The notes under the pieces are model-generated. The model saw only the letters and a program-made list of their open reading frames with translations, made no database searches and was not told the origin of the DNA. Below are positions 6,242 through 16,675 of a DNA stretch of 64,000 bases, piece after piece. How positions within the stretch are numbered: position 1 is the stretch's first letter; each line of letters opens with the position of its first letter. The DNA lies in assembly GCA_964444415.1 (NCBI GenBank), contig CAYUHE010000003.1, positions 26,296 to 90,295 on the forward strand, given 5' to 3'. This stretch comes from an uncultured Gammaproteobacteria bacterium (lineage in GTDB: Bacteria; Cyanobacteriota; Vampirovibrionia; Gastranaerophilales; CAJFVJ01). The translations under genes were made by a program, and so were the position numbers.

Positions 6242-8110
6242 TTGAAGGGCGCAGCTTTTTTATTTTCTATAATTTTATTTTTCACAGCAACAGTCTCGGC
6301 TTTTGCTACAACTATTGTTGATTCCAGCATGGACAGCTCTCAGAAAATGTTTATTTTGTCCACAAAAGAGCCTGCCCAAAATTTGCATATCAAAAAACTG
6401 GTTCTTGCTAATCCCAAACGGGTTGTTTTTGACATTGATAATGCTGTTCTGGCTAATGTAAAAGCAATGATAGAAACGCCAAATTCAAATATCGGCAGCG
6501 TGAAAATTGCCCAATTTTCAAAAAATCCTAATGTGGTTCGTGTGGTTTTTACAGGCGATGCAGAGGGTTTGGAATTGATTCGTATTAATAATATCAAAAA
6601 TTTTATTGTTTTCGATATTCCCCAAAATAAAGAGAGTGACTATAGAGATTTGGTTTATGCAGATAAAGAACCCAAGGCTAAAGATATTGATTATTTCTGC
6701 TATTACGAGAATTTGAATGTAATTTTGAGTAATGATATAGATAAGAAAAAAGCCGTAATGCCTGCTGTAGCAAAAGTTCCTATTGTATCCAAAAATTCTC
6801 AAATTTCATCAACAGGAGCCGTATGGCATAGTATTAAAACCGTTGATTTGCCTGCTAAATACAATGTATTTAATATAGAAGCTTTTTCCTCGGGGATAAA
6901 ATTACAAGGATTAGGCTCGGCAGGAGTCAATTCGCCTGTTTTTATGTATAATCCTGGGCGATTTGTTATAGATTTACCTAATAGCGCTTTTCAAGGAGGC
7001 ATTGTTCCTGCAATGTTGCAATTGTCTGCTACTGATAAAGTAAGATTTGGCATACCGTCAAATAATACGGTTCGAGTTGTTGTAGAAGCTAAAGAGGCAA
7101 AGGATTACAATGCAATTATTGCTCCTGATTTGATGACAGTTTTGCTTCAAAAAACAAAAAATCTTAACCCTCTTGATTTCCCAAACATCAAAGAGACCAC
7201 CCTCGAAAAATTTGAGGCAATTCAGCAGGGTAAACAAGTTACAAAAGTAATTATAAGGGCAAAAGCCCCTATTGCGCATAGTATAATGAAAAATCGAGAA
7301 GAAGTTGTTTTGAATTTTTATAATTTGAATTGCACAGATATTTTCTTGAAAGATATTTTACCGACAAAACAGTTCAAAACAGCTATTATTGCCCCATTAA
7401 ACAATAATGCAAAAGGTACCTTATGGAAAATCCCAATAAAAAGTTCTTCGCTGGTATCAACACAGCTTTCTGAAGACGGTTGTGAGCTTATGCTTGTTAT
7501 AAAAGATCAAATGTATCAGTCCAGAGATATTGTCATAAAGTCAGGTTCGACAGTTATGCTGGATGCGGGGCATGGTGGTCCTGATGTCGGTGCTTCCAGA
7601 GAAGGTTTTTATGAAAAAGATATCACTCTTGAGCTTGTCAAAGAACTTCAAAAATATCTTGAGTCAAAGGGCGTAAATGTTGTTACGACTAGAGATTCAG
7701 ATGCTAAAGTTACTCTTGAGGAGAGGGTTGAAAAAGCAAATTCGGCTCAGCCCGAGGCTTTTATTAGCGTGCATGTTAATGCGACTAAAAATGCCGATGT
7801 TTCAGGAGTCGAAACTCATTGGTACAAGCCAAATAGTCGTGATTTGGCGAAGATAGTACACAATAATCTTTCATTAGGGGTCGAAGGTTTTGACAGAGGG
7901 ACTTTTCAATCACAATTTTATGTCATCAATCATACCGTAATGCCTGCTGTGCTTGTTGAAGTAGGTTTTATTTCCAATTGCAAGGAGCGTTGTGATATGA
8001 TGAAATTACAACGCAAATATGCAACCGTCAAATCAGTAGGAAATGGGATTTTGTTGTATCTTGCGATGAATTATGAAAATGAAATAAAAGGCAAAGCAAA
8101 TGCAAAGTAG
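6242..8110 (+). CDS. N-acetylmuramoyl-L-alanine amidase with N-terminal AMIN-like repeats
   Basis: TTG start 6 nt after GAGGAGG. A signal peptide is present. The C-terminal Amidase_3 domain reads MLDAGHGGPDVGA...ISVHVNA...GVETHW. Confidence 0.85.
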   Translation: MKGAAFLFSIILFFTATVSAFATTIVDSSMDSSQKMFILSTKEPAQNLHIKKLVLANPKRVVFDIDNAVLANVKAMIETPNSNIGSVKIAQFSKNPNVVRVVFTGDAEGLELIRINNIKNFIVFDIPQNKESDYRDLVYADKEPKAKDIDYFCYYENLNVILSNDIDKKKAVMPAVAKVPIVSKNSQISSTGAVWHSIKTVDLPAKYNVFNIEAFSSGIKLQGLGSAGVNSPVFMYNPGRFVIDLPNSAFQGGIVPAMLQLSATDKVRFGIPSNNTVRVVVEAKEAKDYNAIIAPDLMTVLLQKTKNLNPLDFPNIKETTLEKFEAIQQGKQVTKVIIRAKAPIAHSIMKNREEVVLNFYNLNCTDIFLKDILPTKQFKTAIIAPLNNNAKGTLWKIPIKSSSLVSTQLSEDGCELMLVIKDQMYQSRDIVIKSGSTVMLDAGHGGPDVGASREGFYEKDITLELVKELQKYLESKGVNVVTTRDSDAKVTLEERVEKANSAQPEAFISVHVNATKNADVSGVETHWYKPNSRDLAKIVHNNLSLGVEGFDRGTFQSQFYVINHTVMPAVLVEVGFISNCKERCDMMKLQRKYATVKSVGNGILLYLAMNYENEIKGKANAK

Positions 8111-8906
8111 CAAACCGATAGGGATTTTTGATTCAGGAGTAGGCGGATTGAGTGTTTTGGGCGAGTTGAAAAAACTTTTGCCTAACGAAAATCTTATTTA
8201 TTTTGGCGATAGTGCCAATGTTCCTTACGGCGAAAAAACTTCAGAGGAGCTGATTTCGTTTTCTCGAAATATTTTAAATTATTTTAAATCACAAGATGTA
8301 AAAATGGTTCTTATGGCTTGTAACACCAGCTCTGCTGTTACTTTGGGCGTGATTAAAGAGGAATATGATTTCCCGATATTGGGTCTTATTGAGCCTACGG
8401 CAAAGTTTTTGAAAGATAAAAACATCTCAAATATTGGTATAATAGCCACTTCTGCGACTATTAAATCTAATGCTTACAAAAATTCGATTTTGAAATATTC
8501 TCCTGATAAAAATATCTATCAAATGGCTTGCCCTGGACTTGTTGAGATTGTTGAAGAAGAAAAAATTGCAACCAAAGAAGCCAAAGAACTTGTCAAAACT
8601 TATATAGAACCTTTAATGGCGGAAAATGTCGAAAAAATTGTCCTTGGCTGTACACATTATCCTTTTTTGGGCGATTTGATAATTGATTTGGCTAAGAATG
8701 ATGATATTTTGATAAATCCTGCCGAATATCTTGCCAAGGAAGCTTTGGAACTTTTGAAAAATGCAGAACTTCTAAATCGACAAAAAGGCGGTAAAATAGA
8801 TTTTTATACCAGCAAAAATCCTGAAGAATTTGTATCTGTAGGCAAAAAACTTTATACTGATTTGCACGAGGCCGATTTGCTGGAAATTAATTTAAAAGTT
8901 GTTTAG
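8100..8906 (+). CDS. murI: Glutamate racemase
   Basis: IGIFDSGVGGLSV, ACNTSS and GCTHYP motifs. Confidence 0.9.
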   Translation: MQSSKPIGIFDSGVGGLSVLGELKKLLPNENLIYFGDSANVPYGEKTSEELISFSRNILNYFKSQDVKMVLMACNTSSAVTLGVIKEEYDFPILGLIEPTAKFLKDKNISNIGIIATSATIKSNAYKNSILKYSPDKNIYQMACPGLVEIVEEEKIATKEAKELVKTYIEPLMAENVEKIVLGCTHYPFLGDLIIDLAKNDDILINPAEYLAKEALELLKNAELLNRQKGGKIDFYTSKNPEEFVSVGKKLYTDLHEADLLEINLKVV

Positions 8907-8951
8907 AAGGTGTCGGAAAAGTCCAAAATTTTAATTTTGAGGCTTTTTCGA
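8907..8951 (+). repeat. 45-bp intergenic repeat, copy 1
   Basis: 38/45 identical to 42476-42520. It contains the palindrome CAAAATT-tt-AATTTTG. Confidence 0.6.
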
Positions 8952-9051
8952 TGCCGACCTTACAAAAGTGAAAAACGGGGTAAACGATTAGTTTTCGACG
9001 TTTTGATACTAGCCGATAGAAGCGTTTCTGAAAAATACTTAAATTTATTTT

Positions 9052-10320
9052 TTATTTTTCAGACAGCTTCTTAATTTTTGCCATTGCATAATCCAAAGCG
9101 CCTGAGTTTTGTTCAAAAACATTTTGGCAAGCCATTGCCATGCCATTATAAAAATCAGTGTCTTTAAGAAGTTTTTGTGCATTTTCAAGCAATTCTTTTT
9201 CATTTTTAACAAGAATTGTAGCTTTTTCATCGTTTAAAATTTCATAAATATCTTTAAAATTGAAAACTATATCGCCGCTAAGAGTTGGTTTGTTATAGAT
9301 TGTTGCCTCAAGGGGATTGTGCCCGCCTGTTCCTGAAAAACTACCACCTATAAATGCGAAATGGCATATAGAATACATTTTTGAGAGTTCACCCATTGTA
9401 TCTAACATGATTATGTCATTTTGGTCAAAGCCATCTCCTTTGCTGCGAAGACCCCAGCTGTAGCCTGTTTGGTCAATCAGTTCAAGCACTTGAGGGTATC
9501 TTTCAGGATGACGTGGGGCTATAATAAGCTTTAGGTCAGCAAATTCGTCTTTTAGCTGTTCATAAACGCCCAAAATTATTTCGTCTTCACCATTATGCGT
9601 GCTTCCTGCTACTATGACTTTTCCTTGATTTAATTTGAATGAATATGCAAGGTTTTTGGCATCATCGGCATTAAGAAGATTTGTGGCATTGAATTTCAAA
9701 TTCCCCATGGTTTCTGTAATTTCAGGGTTTGCACCGATATCTAAAATTCGTTTTTTGTCACAATTTGTTTGCATAAGAATTGAGGTATAGTTTTTCAAAA
9801 TTCTTTTGAAGAAGAAAGAGAAATTTTTGTATCCTTCATAAGAATTTGGCGAAATCCTTCCGTTGACTATCATAAGAGGTATTTTCTTTTTTTTAAGTTC
9901 GTTGGAAAAATTCGGCCAGATTTCTGTTTCGGCAATTATAACCAGATTTGGTCTAATTGCTTTTAGGGCAAGTATAATACTTAAATAAAAATCATAAGGG
10001 AAATAAATTATTTTATCCGTATATTCTTTGAGTTTGTTATTTGCAACTTCTTGTCCTGTGCGGGTTACGGTTGAAAGAATAATATTTTTTGTCGGAAATT
10101 CTTCCTTTAGTTTTTTGACTAAACTTTCAACAGCGTTGACTTCGCCGACAGATACGGCATGAAGCCATATGGTTTGGCGTTTTGGTAGATTTATTGAATA
10201 AAATCCGATTTTCTCCCAAAATCCCGCACGGAATTTTGGCTGAACTACAAATGCTATAAGCACTATAGGCCAAAGCAAAATTAGCGCAATTGCCAAAAAC
10301 AAATTATAAAATAAATACAT
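9052..10320 (-). CDS. waaA: 3-deoxy-D-manno-octulosonic acid (Kdo) transferase
   Basis: N-terminal TM segment, WLHAVSVGEVNAV, and a C-terminal GT motif GGSF...GGHNPLE. Confidence 0.85.
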   Translation of the reverse strand: MYLFYNLFLAIALILLWPIVLIAFVVQPKFRAGFWEKIGFYSINLPKRQTIWLHAVSVGEVNAVESLVKKLKEEFPTKNIILSTVTRTGQEVANNKLKEYTDKIIYFPYDFYLSIILALKAIRPNLVIIAETEIWPNFSNELKKKKIPLMIVNGRISPNSYEGYKNFSFFFKRILKNYTSILMQTNCDKKRILDIGANPEITETMGNLKFNATNLLNADDAKNLAYSFKLNQGKVIVAGSTHNGEDEIILGVYEQLKDEFADLKLIIAPRHPERYPQVLELIDQTGYSWGLRSKGDGFDQNDIIMLDTMGELSKMYSICHFAFIGGSFSGTGGHNPLEATIYNKPTLSGDIVFNFKDIYEILNDEKATILVKNEKELLENAQKLLKDTDFYNGMAMACQNVFEQNSGALDYAMAKIKKLSEK

Positions 10321-10352
10321 ATCTGCTCCTTAAGAAAACTGTTGAGACTATT

Positions 10353-11735
10353 TTATTCTAAACAAATTCCAACTTCAAATGTTCTGTCCCACGGGAAATA
10401 AAAGGAAACGCCGTTAATTTCAAGGTCTAAAAGCGCTTGTACTTTTTGAATATATTCGATGAATCCTTGCTCTATGTCGAATTCTGGGTTTTTTCGGATT
10501 TCTTGACGCAAATTTGCTTGATATGCCCATTCATCTAAAAGCCTTGTGGCAATGGCTCTTTTGAAGCTTTCTTTATTAAAAGTATTATTTTTCTTGGCAA
10601 TGTAGCTAACGATACTCGTTGAAAGTACGCACCCGAGGGTATTTGCGGTGGTATTCCATCCTGCGTAACCAAGGAGTTTGTCATCACATTTAGATTCAAG
10701 CAGTTTTTTAATTAAAGTATTATCCGAGCCGTTTGCCAATTTTATATCTGCTATGGCGTAAAACTCTTTTGGTTCTTTGAATTCAACCCCTTCAGTATCC
10801 TTAAAAATTTGCATCGCAAGGTCATCTTGAATTTGCGCAGGGGTATTTATGTATAGGCTAAAATCCCCATTGAGAGTAGCTTTAGCTTCGCAAATAGATA
10901 TTTGCCCCAAGAAAGAATTTTCGATAGTGACATCTTCATATCGAGAAATAATATTTTTTGATTCGGGAATTGAATATATAGGCGTGATTTTTATTTTTTC
11001 TTTATAAAAATCGCAAAAAGCTCTAGCCAAAAGAGTAAGGGGGATTTCATCGGCACCTGTTTTGATTGTGGCAGAAAGATTTCCCTTTTCGATTATTTGA
11101 GCAAGCTCCTGTCCTTCCTTAACATTAAGACCAAATTGAGCCGTATCATCTTGGGAAATCACCAAAAAATCGAACAGATTTTTTTCAAGCAAAGACAGAA
11201 AAAATAAATTTGTTTCGTAGTTTCTTTTTCTTGTAGACAGGTAATCTTCAAGGATTTCAGGCGGGATTTCATGTTCTGGCTCAATGCCGTTTTTGTGAAA
11301 TTCGAATGAGTATTTGAAGATTTTTTCGCCGTAAGTATCCCAATATGATTTTTCTTCTTCATTAACATTATTGTTCGAAATTCGCATAATACTGCTTGTC
11401 GCAAGGATTTTGGCGTTTGATTTTTTGATTTCGGAGATGAAATATTCTACTTTTGATTGGAGTTCAGTTTGTGAAATTTCAATTCTTCTTGATGCAACAA
11501 GTCCTCCGTATGCTATTGTGTCGAGAGCCAAAATCGCATAATCGATTTGGTTTTTTGCCGTTGTTTTTTTTACCCAATGTAATATTCCGTCATAATTCGC
11601 ATAATTTGTGAGTCCGCCCAAGTATTCTTTTGGGGGGATAAAAACGTTTGCATCGCTGCAGATATTTGCGATTTGAACAGGCAAATCGTAGCATACAGGG
11701 CGATTGTCTATTGGAATTATAAGAATATTAACCAT
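10353..11735 (-). CDS. Conserved hypothetical protein, DUF4127-like
   Basis: The N-terminus IIPIDNRPVCYDLPVQIA and the motif LALDTIAYGGLVASRR resemble DUF4127 from memory. Confidence 0.5.
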   Translation of the reverse strand: MVNILIIPIDNRPVCYDLPVQIANICSDANVFIPPKEYLGGLTNYANYDGILHWVKKTTAKNQIDYAILALDTIAYGGLVASRRIEISQTELQSKVEYFISEIKKSNAKILATSSIMRISNNNVNEEEKSYWDTYGEKIFKYSFEFHKNGIEPEHEIPPEILEDYLSTRKRNYETNLFFLSLLEKNLFDFLVISQDDTAQFGLNVKEGQELAQIIEKGNLSATIKTGADEIPLTLLARAFCDFYKEKIKITPIYSIPESKNIISRYEDVTIENSFLGQISICEAKATLNGDFSLYINTPAQIQDDLAMQIFKDTEGVEFKEPKEFYAIADIKLANGSDNTLIKKLLESKCDDKLLGYAGWNTTANTLGCVLSTSIVSYIAKKNNTFNKESFKRAIATRLLDEWAYQANLRQEIRKNPEFDIEQGFIEYIQKVQALLDLEINGVSFYFPWDRTFEVGICLE

Positions 11736-11934
11736 AAAGATATTAAAGCATTAAATCCGATTTATTAAAATAACTTATTATTAATACTTATTAAATTTAC
11801 ATAAGCATTAACTTTGAAGTAAAATTTTAAGTATGAGCGAGGCTCAAAAATAGCTCATTGTGATGGGTGAATCATAGATAGTTTGCTAGAAGCGAAATAA
11901 GATTTGCCAATCAGTTTTTATGAAAGAGGTTATA

Positions 11935-13272
11935 ATGAAGTTTTCACTGGATGAGATTGTAAAAATCACTGGTGCAAAGGTTTTGTATTCGAATAATCCA
12001 TCAGGGATGTTCAGTTTTTCAACAGATACCAGAAACATCTCTCCTGAGCAGATATATATCCCTATTAGAGGGGAGAATTTTGACGGGCATAATTTTATAG
12101 AAGATGCGATAAAAAAATCAGGAAGAGGATTTTTTATTGAAAGTTCTGAAATAAAAAGATTGAAAACTTTGCCAAATGCAAAATTTGCCCTTGAGGTCAA
12201 GGATACTAAGGAGGCATATTTGGCTCTGGCAGCCAATTATAAAGACAGAGTTAGCCCGATTGTTATTGCTATAACAGGAAGCAGTGGCAAAACTACTGTT
12301 AAAGATATGTTATCAGCTGTTTTGGAGCAAAAATATAAAGTTCATAAAACCAAGTTGAATTTCAATAATGAAATCGGTCTTGCGCAGACAATGTTTGAAA
12401 TGCCTGAAAAAACAGAGATTTTGGTTGTTGAAATGGGTATGCGGGGCTTGGGCGAAATCGAACTTTTGTCGAAGTACGCAAAGCCTGATGTGGCAATCAT
12501 TACGAATATAGGACTTGCTCATGTAGGTAGGCTCGGATCGCAAGAAAATATTGCAAAAGCAAAATGCGAAATAACCAAATATCTGCATCCTGAAGGTGTT
12601 TTGTTTTCTTGTGATGAAGAATTGGTCAAAAAAAATGTTGAAGCCAAAAATCAAATTTATTATTCTTTGGAAGACAAAAATTTGAAAAATATCCAAAAAA
12701 CGACTCAAGGAGTGAGTTTCGATTATAAAAAATATAATTATAAATTAAATCTTTTGGGCGATTATAATATTTTGAATGCTTTATGTGCGATTAAAGTCGG
12801 GCAAAAACTCGGCGTACCGAAAGCATTGATAGTAAAGGCTTTGGAAGATTATTCTCCTGTGGAAAATCGTGGCGGAGTGGTGGAAATAGGAAATTTTATA
12901 TTACTAAAGGACTATTACAATGCTAATCCTGAATCGATGAAAGCATCTATTCAAGCGGCTTTAGATGCCTATGGCGAAGTTTCACTTGTCTTGGGTGATA
13001 TGGGAGAGCTTGGCGAAAAAGAAGTATATTATCACAAACAAATCGGTAAGTTTTTGAAAGATAAAAAAGTTAAAACGCTTATGACAGTTGGTTCTTTGGC
13101 AGAAAATATAGCCAAGTCATCTCAAATACAAGATGCAAAAATATTTAAGGATACAAAAGAAGTTGTTGAATATCTAAAAACTATTGATAAAAAAATGGTT
13201 TTGCTATTAAAAGCTTCGCGTTCAATGAAATTTGAAGATATTGTTGATGAATTGAAAGGGCAAATTGCATGA
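11935..13272 (+). CDS. murF: UDP-N-acetylmuramoyl-tripeptide--D-alanyl-D-alanine ligase
   Basis: ITGSSGKTT P-loop and Mur ligase domains. AGAGG lies 5 nt before ATG 11935. The ORF track starts at 11920. Confidence 0.9.
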   Translation: MKFSLDEIVKITGAKVLYSNNPSGMFSFSTDTRNISPEQIYIPIRGENFDGHNFIEDAIKKSGRGFFIESSEIKRLKTLPNAKFALEVKDTKEAYLALAANYKDRVSPIVIAITGSSGKTTVKDMLSAVLEQKYKVHKTKLNFNNEIGLAQTMFEMPEKTEILVVEMGMRGLGEIELLSKYAKPDVAIITNIGLAHVGRLGSQENIAKAKCEITKYLHPEGVLFSCDEELVKKNVEAKNQIYYSLEDKNLKNIQKTTQGVSFDYKKYNYKLNLLGDYNILNALCAIKVGQKLGVPKALIVKALEDYSPVENRGGVVEIGNFILLKDYYNANPESMKASIQAALDAYGEVSLVLGDMGELGEKEVYYHKQIGKFLKDKKVKTLMTVGSLAENIAKSSQIQDAKIFKDTKEVVEYLKTIDKKMVLLLKASRSMKFEDIVDELKGQIA

Positions 13273-14225
13273 CAATTATTTATGTTGCAGGTTTGATAGC
13301 GTTATTGTTGACGTTGATTTTGGGAAAACCTTATATAGACCTCTTAAAGAAGTATTTTGCAGGTCAATATATATATGAAAAAGCACCTGAAAATCATTCC
13401 AAAAAAGCCGGCACACCTACTATGGGTGGGCTTGTAATCGTTGATTGTGCAGTTCTGGCGATGATTTTAGCTTTTGTTATGATGCAAAAAGTCAGCCTAG
13501 ACTCGCTTGTGGCTATAATTGTTTTTATTTTATATGCTGCGATAGGTTTTATTGATGATTATAAAAAAAATAAACAGCAACAAAACAAAGGATTAACTCC
13601 TAGAGGAAAGATGCTTTTGCAGATTATAGTTGCTGCAATCCCTGCTGCATATATGGTTCAAGGCGGTGAAACTGCCATTTTGGGTCATGATTTTGGCTTT
13701 TGGTATGCTTTTATTGCAATTTTTATTATTGTCGGTTCATCAAATGCTGTGAATTTGACTGACGGCTTAGATGGCTTGGCATCAGGTTTGAGCGTATTTT
13801 CGTTTCTTGGTTGTGCTGTGATTTTTGCGATGATGGGGCAGATTGAGTTATCTGTAATTTCTGCAGCTGTAGCAAGCGCTTGCGGTGGTTTTCTTTATTA
13901 TAATTATAATCCTGCACAAGTTTTCATGGGTGATACAGGAAGTTTGGCTTTGGGTGGATTGCTAGGGACTCTAGGAGTTTTGGGCAAGTTTGAAGCTTTA
14001 CTTATTCCGTTAGCGATAGTTTTTATAATTGAAACCTTATCTGTAATTATACAAGTTGTTAGCTTTAAATTGACGGGCAAAAGAGTTTTCAAAATGGCGC
14101 CTCTTCATCATCATTTTGAACTTCTTGGATGGAATGAAATCAAAGTGGTAAAAACTTTTTGGATGGTTGGCGGATTTTTTGCTTTCTTGAGTGTTTTGGG
14201 AGTTGCCTGTGGATTTTTCGAATAA
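13269..14225 (+). CDS. mraY: Phospho-N-acetylmuramoyl-pentapeptide transferase
   Basis: GTPTMGG, NAVNLTDGLDGLA and MGDTGSLALGG motifs. Confidence 0.95.
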   Translation: MTIIYVAGLIALLLTLILGKPYIDLLKKYFAGQYIYEKAPENHSKKAGTPTMGGLVIVDCAVLAMILAFVMMQKVSLDSLVAIIVFILYAAIGFIDDYKKNKQQQNKGLTPRGKMLLQIIVAAIPAAYMVQGGETAILGHDFGFWYAFIAIFIIVGSSNAVNLTDGLDGLASGLSVFSFLGCAVIFAMMGQIELSVISAAVASACGGFLYYNYNPAQVFMGDTGSLALGGLLGTLGVLGKFEALLIPLAIVFIIETLSVIIQVVSFKLTGKRVFKMAPLHHHFELLGWNEIKVVKTFWMVGGFFAFLSVLGVACGFFE

Positions 14226-15561
14226 AAAAATATGTATTTTAGGTCTTTCAAAAAGCGGAATAGCTGCAGCGAAGCACCTGTCTTCGGTTGGAGCTGTTAG
14301 CAAAATTAGTGAAAAACGAGAACAAACTCAAGAAGATGATGCGATTTTAAGTGAGCTTTATGAACTTGGCGTCGAAGTCGAGATGGGTGAACATAAAAAA
14401 GAAACCATCATCAGCAGCGATTTTATCGTGACAAGTCCGGGTATTCCGCCTAAATCAGAGGTTTTTAATCTTGCAAAAGTTAAAGCAATTCCTGTTTTAA
14501 GCGAAATTGACATTGCGTATTTGTTTACAAAAACTCCATTTTTGGCAATTACGGGAACAAATGGAAAGACCACGACAACAAAGCTTTTGGCTGAAATTAT
14601 TCAAAAAGGCGGCAAAAAAACCGAAGCTTGCGGAAATATTGGACTTCCGCCTTGCGATTTGCTAAAGGAAGAGCTTGATTATTTTACGCTTGAGATTAGC
14701 TCTTATCAGATAGAAACCAGTCAGTACTTCACTCCTGAGATTGCGTGCTTCATCAATTATTCTCCTGATCATGTGGATTGGCATGGCTCTGAAGAGGCTT
14801 ATTTTGAAGCCAAAAAGCAGTTGTTTACAGGCGTAAATGCTGCCGAGTGTGCGGTTTTGAATGCTAATGACCCTAAAGTTATTGCAATAAAGGATGAATG
14901 TGAAGAAAATGTATTTACTTTCGGCAAAGAAGATGAAAAAAATTGCGTTTATATTCAAGATAATATTTTAAAATTTAAAAATGAAGAAGGTGAAATTCAA
15001 GATATCATTGATGTTTCAGAAGTGAGCTTGATTGGAGTCCACAATCTTGAAAATATTATGTGTGCTGTTTCTGTTGCCAAAATTATTGATATTTCAAATG
15101 AAGCAATTGTCGAAACTTTGAAGAATTTTGAACCGCCTGAGCACAGATTAGAATTTGTTTGCGAGGTTGAAGGCAAAAAATATTACAATGATTCAAAAGC
15201 CACAAACACAGATGCAGCAATTAAATCCATCGAAGCTTTTGCCGGCAAAAGCGTTGCTTTAATTGTAGGCGGACGCGACAAAATGACTCCTTTAGAGGAT
15301 TTTGTAAAGGTTGCCCAAGGCGGCGTTGATTATGTTATATTATTAGGTGAAGCCACGGACAGGTTTGAGGCAGCTTTTAAAAAAGCGGGCTACAAAAATA
15401 TCGAAAACGCTCAGAGTTTTACAGAAGCTATTGATATTGCCTCAAAAAAAGATGTCGAAAATGTGCTTTTAGCACCTGCTTGTGCGAGTTTTGATATGTT
15501 CAAGAGTTTTGAAGAAAGAGGGAAAGTTTTTAAGGATTATGTACGAGAAAAATTACAATAG
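14209..15561 (+). CDS. murD: UDP-N-acetylmuramoylalanine--D-glutamate ligase
   Basis: ILGLSKSGIAAA and ITGTNGKTTT motifs. GTG 14209 is preceded by GGGAG at 6 nt. The ORF-track start is GTG 14191. Confidence 0.9.
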   Translation: MDFSNKKICILGLSKSGIAAAKHLSSVGAVSKISEKREQTQEDDAILSELYELGVEVEMGEHKKETIISSDFIVTSPGIPPKSEVFNLAKVKAIPVLSEIDIAYLFTKTPFLAITGTNGKTTTTKLLAEIIQKGGKKTEACGNIGLPPCDLLKEELDYFTLEISSYQIETSQYFTPEIACFINYSPDHVDWHGSEEAYFEAKKQLFTGVNAAECAVLNANDPKVIAIKDECEENVFTFGKEDEKNCVYIQDNILKFKNEEGEIQDIIDVSEVSLIGVHNLENIMCAVSVAKIIDISNEAIVETLKNFEPPEHRLEFVCEVEGKKYYNDSKATNTDAAIKSIEAFAGKSVALIVGGRDKMTPLEDFVKVAQGGVDYVILLGEATDRFEAAFKKAGYKNIENAQSFTEAIDIASKKDVENVLLAPACASFDMFKSFEERGKVFKDYVREKLQ

Positions 15562-16675
15562 ACCAAATAATCATCAAGAGAGAGTCGCTACAATTATTTC
15601 ACCTCCTGATATTCCGCTTTTGATTATCATTGCTTGCCTTGCTATGGTTGGTCTTATGGCAGTTTTTTCTTCAAGTATTTCTCATGGAATTCAAGATTTT
15701 AATGATCATTTGTATTTTTTTAAAAAACAGCTTTTAAATTTTACGATAGGCTTTTTTTGCATGGTTTATTTCATCAAATTTAATTATAAAAAATTTCAAC
15801 AAAAAATAAATCTTCTCACTATGGGTACAATAGGGCTTTTGATTGCTACACACCTTTTTGGGAGCACCATTTACGGTTCTAAAAGATGGCTGTTCTTTTG
15901 TCAGCCGTCAGAATTTGCCAAATTTACCTGCGTGGCGATTATGGCAGATGCTTTGGTTCATTCCAAGACTCTTTGGGATGAATATTTTTTAAAAAGAGTT
16001 TTTTCTGTTTTGATAATTTTGATTTTGATTATGCTTCAACCTGACTTGGGAACGACTATTGTGGTGTTTTTGGGTTGTCTTGCCACTTGTATAATCGGCG
16101 GAATTTCAATGCAGTTGTTATCTACAGGCTTTATGGGATTTACAGCTTTGGCGGTGTTTTCGATTATGAATATGCCTCACCAGAGGGAACGTATTGACGG
16201 CTGGTTGAATCCATGGGCAGATCAGTATGACAAGGGCTACAATCTTATCCAGTCTTGGTATGCTATTTCTGCAGGCGGTTTCTGGGGTACCGGTTTTGGT
16301 AATTCTAAGCAAAAATTGTTGTGGCTGCCTCTAGGGCATATTGATTTTATCTTCGCTATTTTTGCAGAAGAAATGGGCTTTTTGGGCTGTTTGATTTTGC
16401 TTGGATTGTTCTTGGGAATTATGCATAGAGGTTTTTTGATTTCGAAACGATGCCCTGAAGAGTTTGGGAAATTACTAGCATTTGGCATAACTTGTGTTAT
16501 TTTGGCTCAAGCACTTTTGAATATTTGCGTTGCAGTAGGCATATTACCTGTAACAGGTGTTACTTTACCTTTAGTCAGCTATGGCGGAACTTCTGCAATC
16601 GTTACTATGAGTATGTTTGGGATTCTGTTAAATATTTCGAGGCAAAAAATTAAAAGGATAAAAACGAATGTCTGA
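15539..16675 (+). CDS. ftsW: Cell division / peptidoglycan polymerase, SEDS family (FtsW)
   Basis: Polytopic protein with the SEDS motifs QPSEFAK and PLVSYGGTS. The start is uncertain (ATG 15539 or GTG 15482). Confidence 0.85.
   Translation: MYEKNYNRPNNHQERVATIISPPDIPLLIIIACLAMVGLMAVFSSSISHGIQDFNDHLYFFKKQLLNFTIGFFCMVYFIKFNYKKFQQKINLLTMGTIGLLIATHLFGSTIYGSKRWLFFCQPSEFAKFTCVAIMADALVHSKTLWDEYFLKRVFSVLIILILIMLQPDLGTTIVVFLGCLATCIIGGISMQLLSTGFMGFTALAVFSIMNMPHQRERIDGWLNPWADQYDKGYNLIQSWYAISAGGFWGTGFGNSKQKLLWLPLGHIDFIFAIFAEEMGFLGCLILLGLFLGIMHRGFLISKRCPEEFGKLLAFGITCVILAQALLNICVAVGILPVTGVTLPLVSYGGTSAIVTMSMFGILLNISRQKIKRIKTNV

Noticed and set aside
9008-9018. GCCGATAG resembling a sigma-28 -10 box in the murI/waaA intergenic region.
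   Set aside because: No TAAA lies at the required 15-nt distance, and no gene lies downstream in the right orientation.
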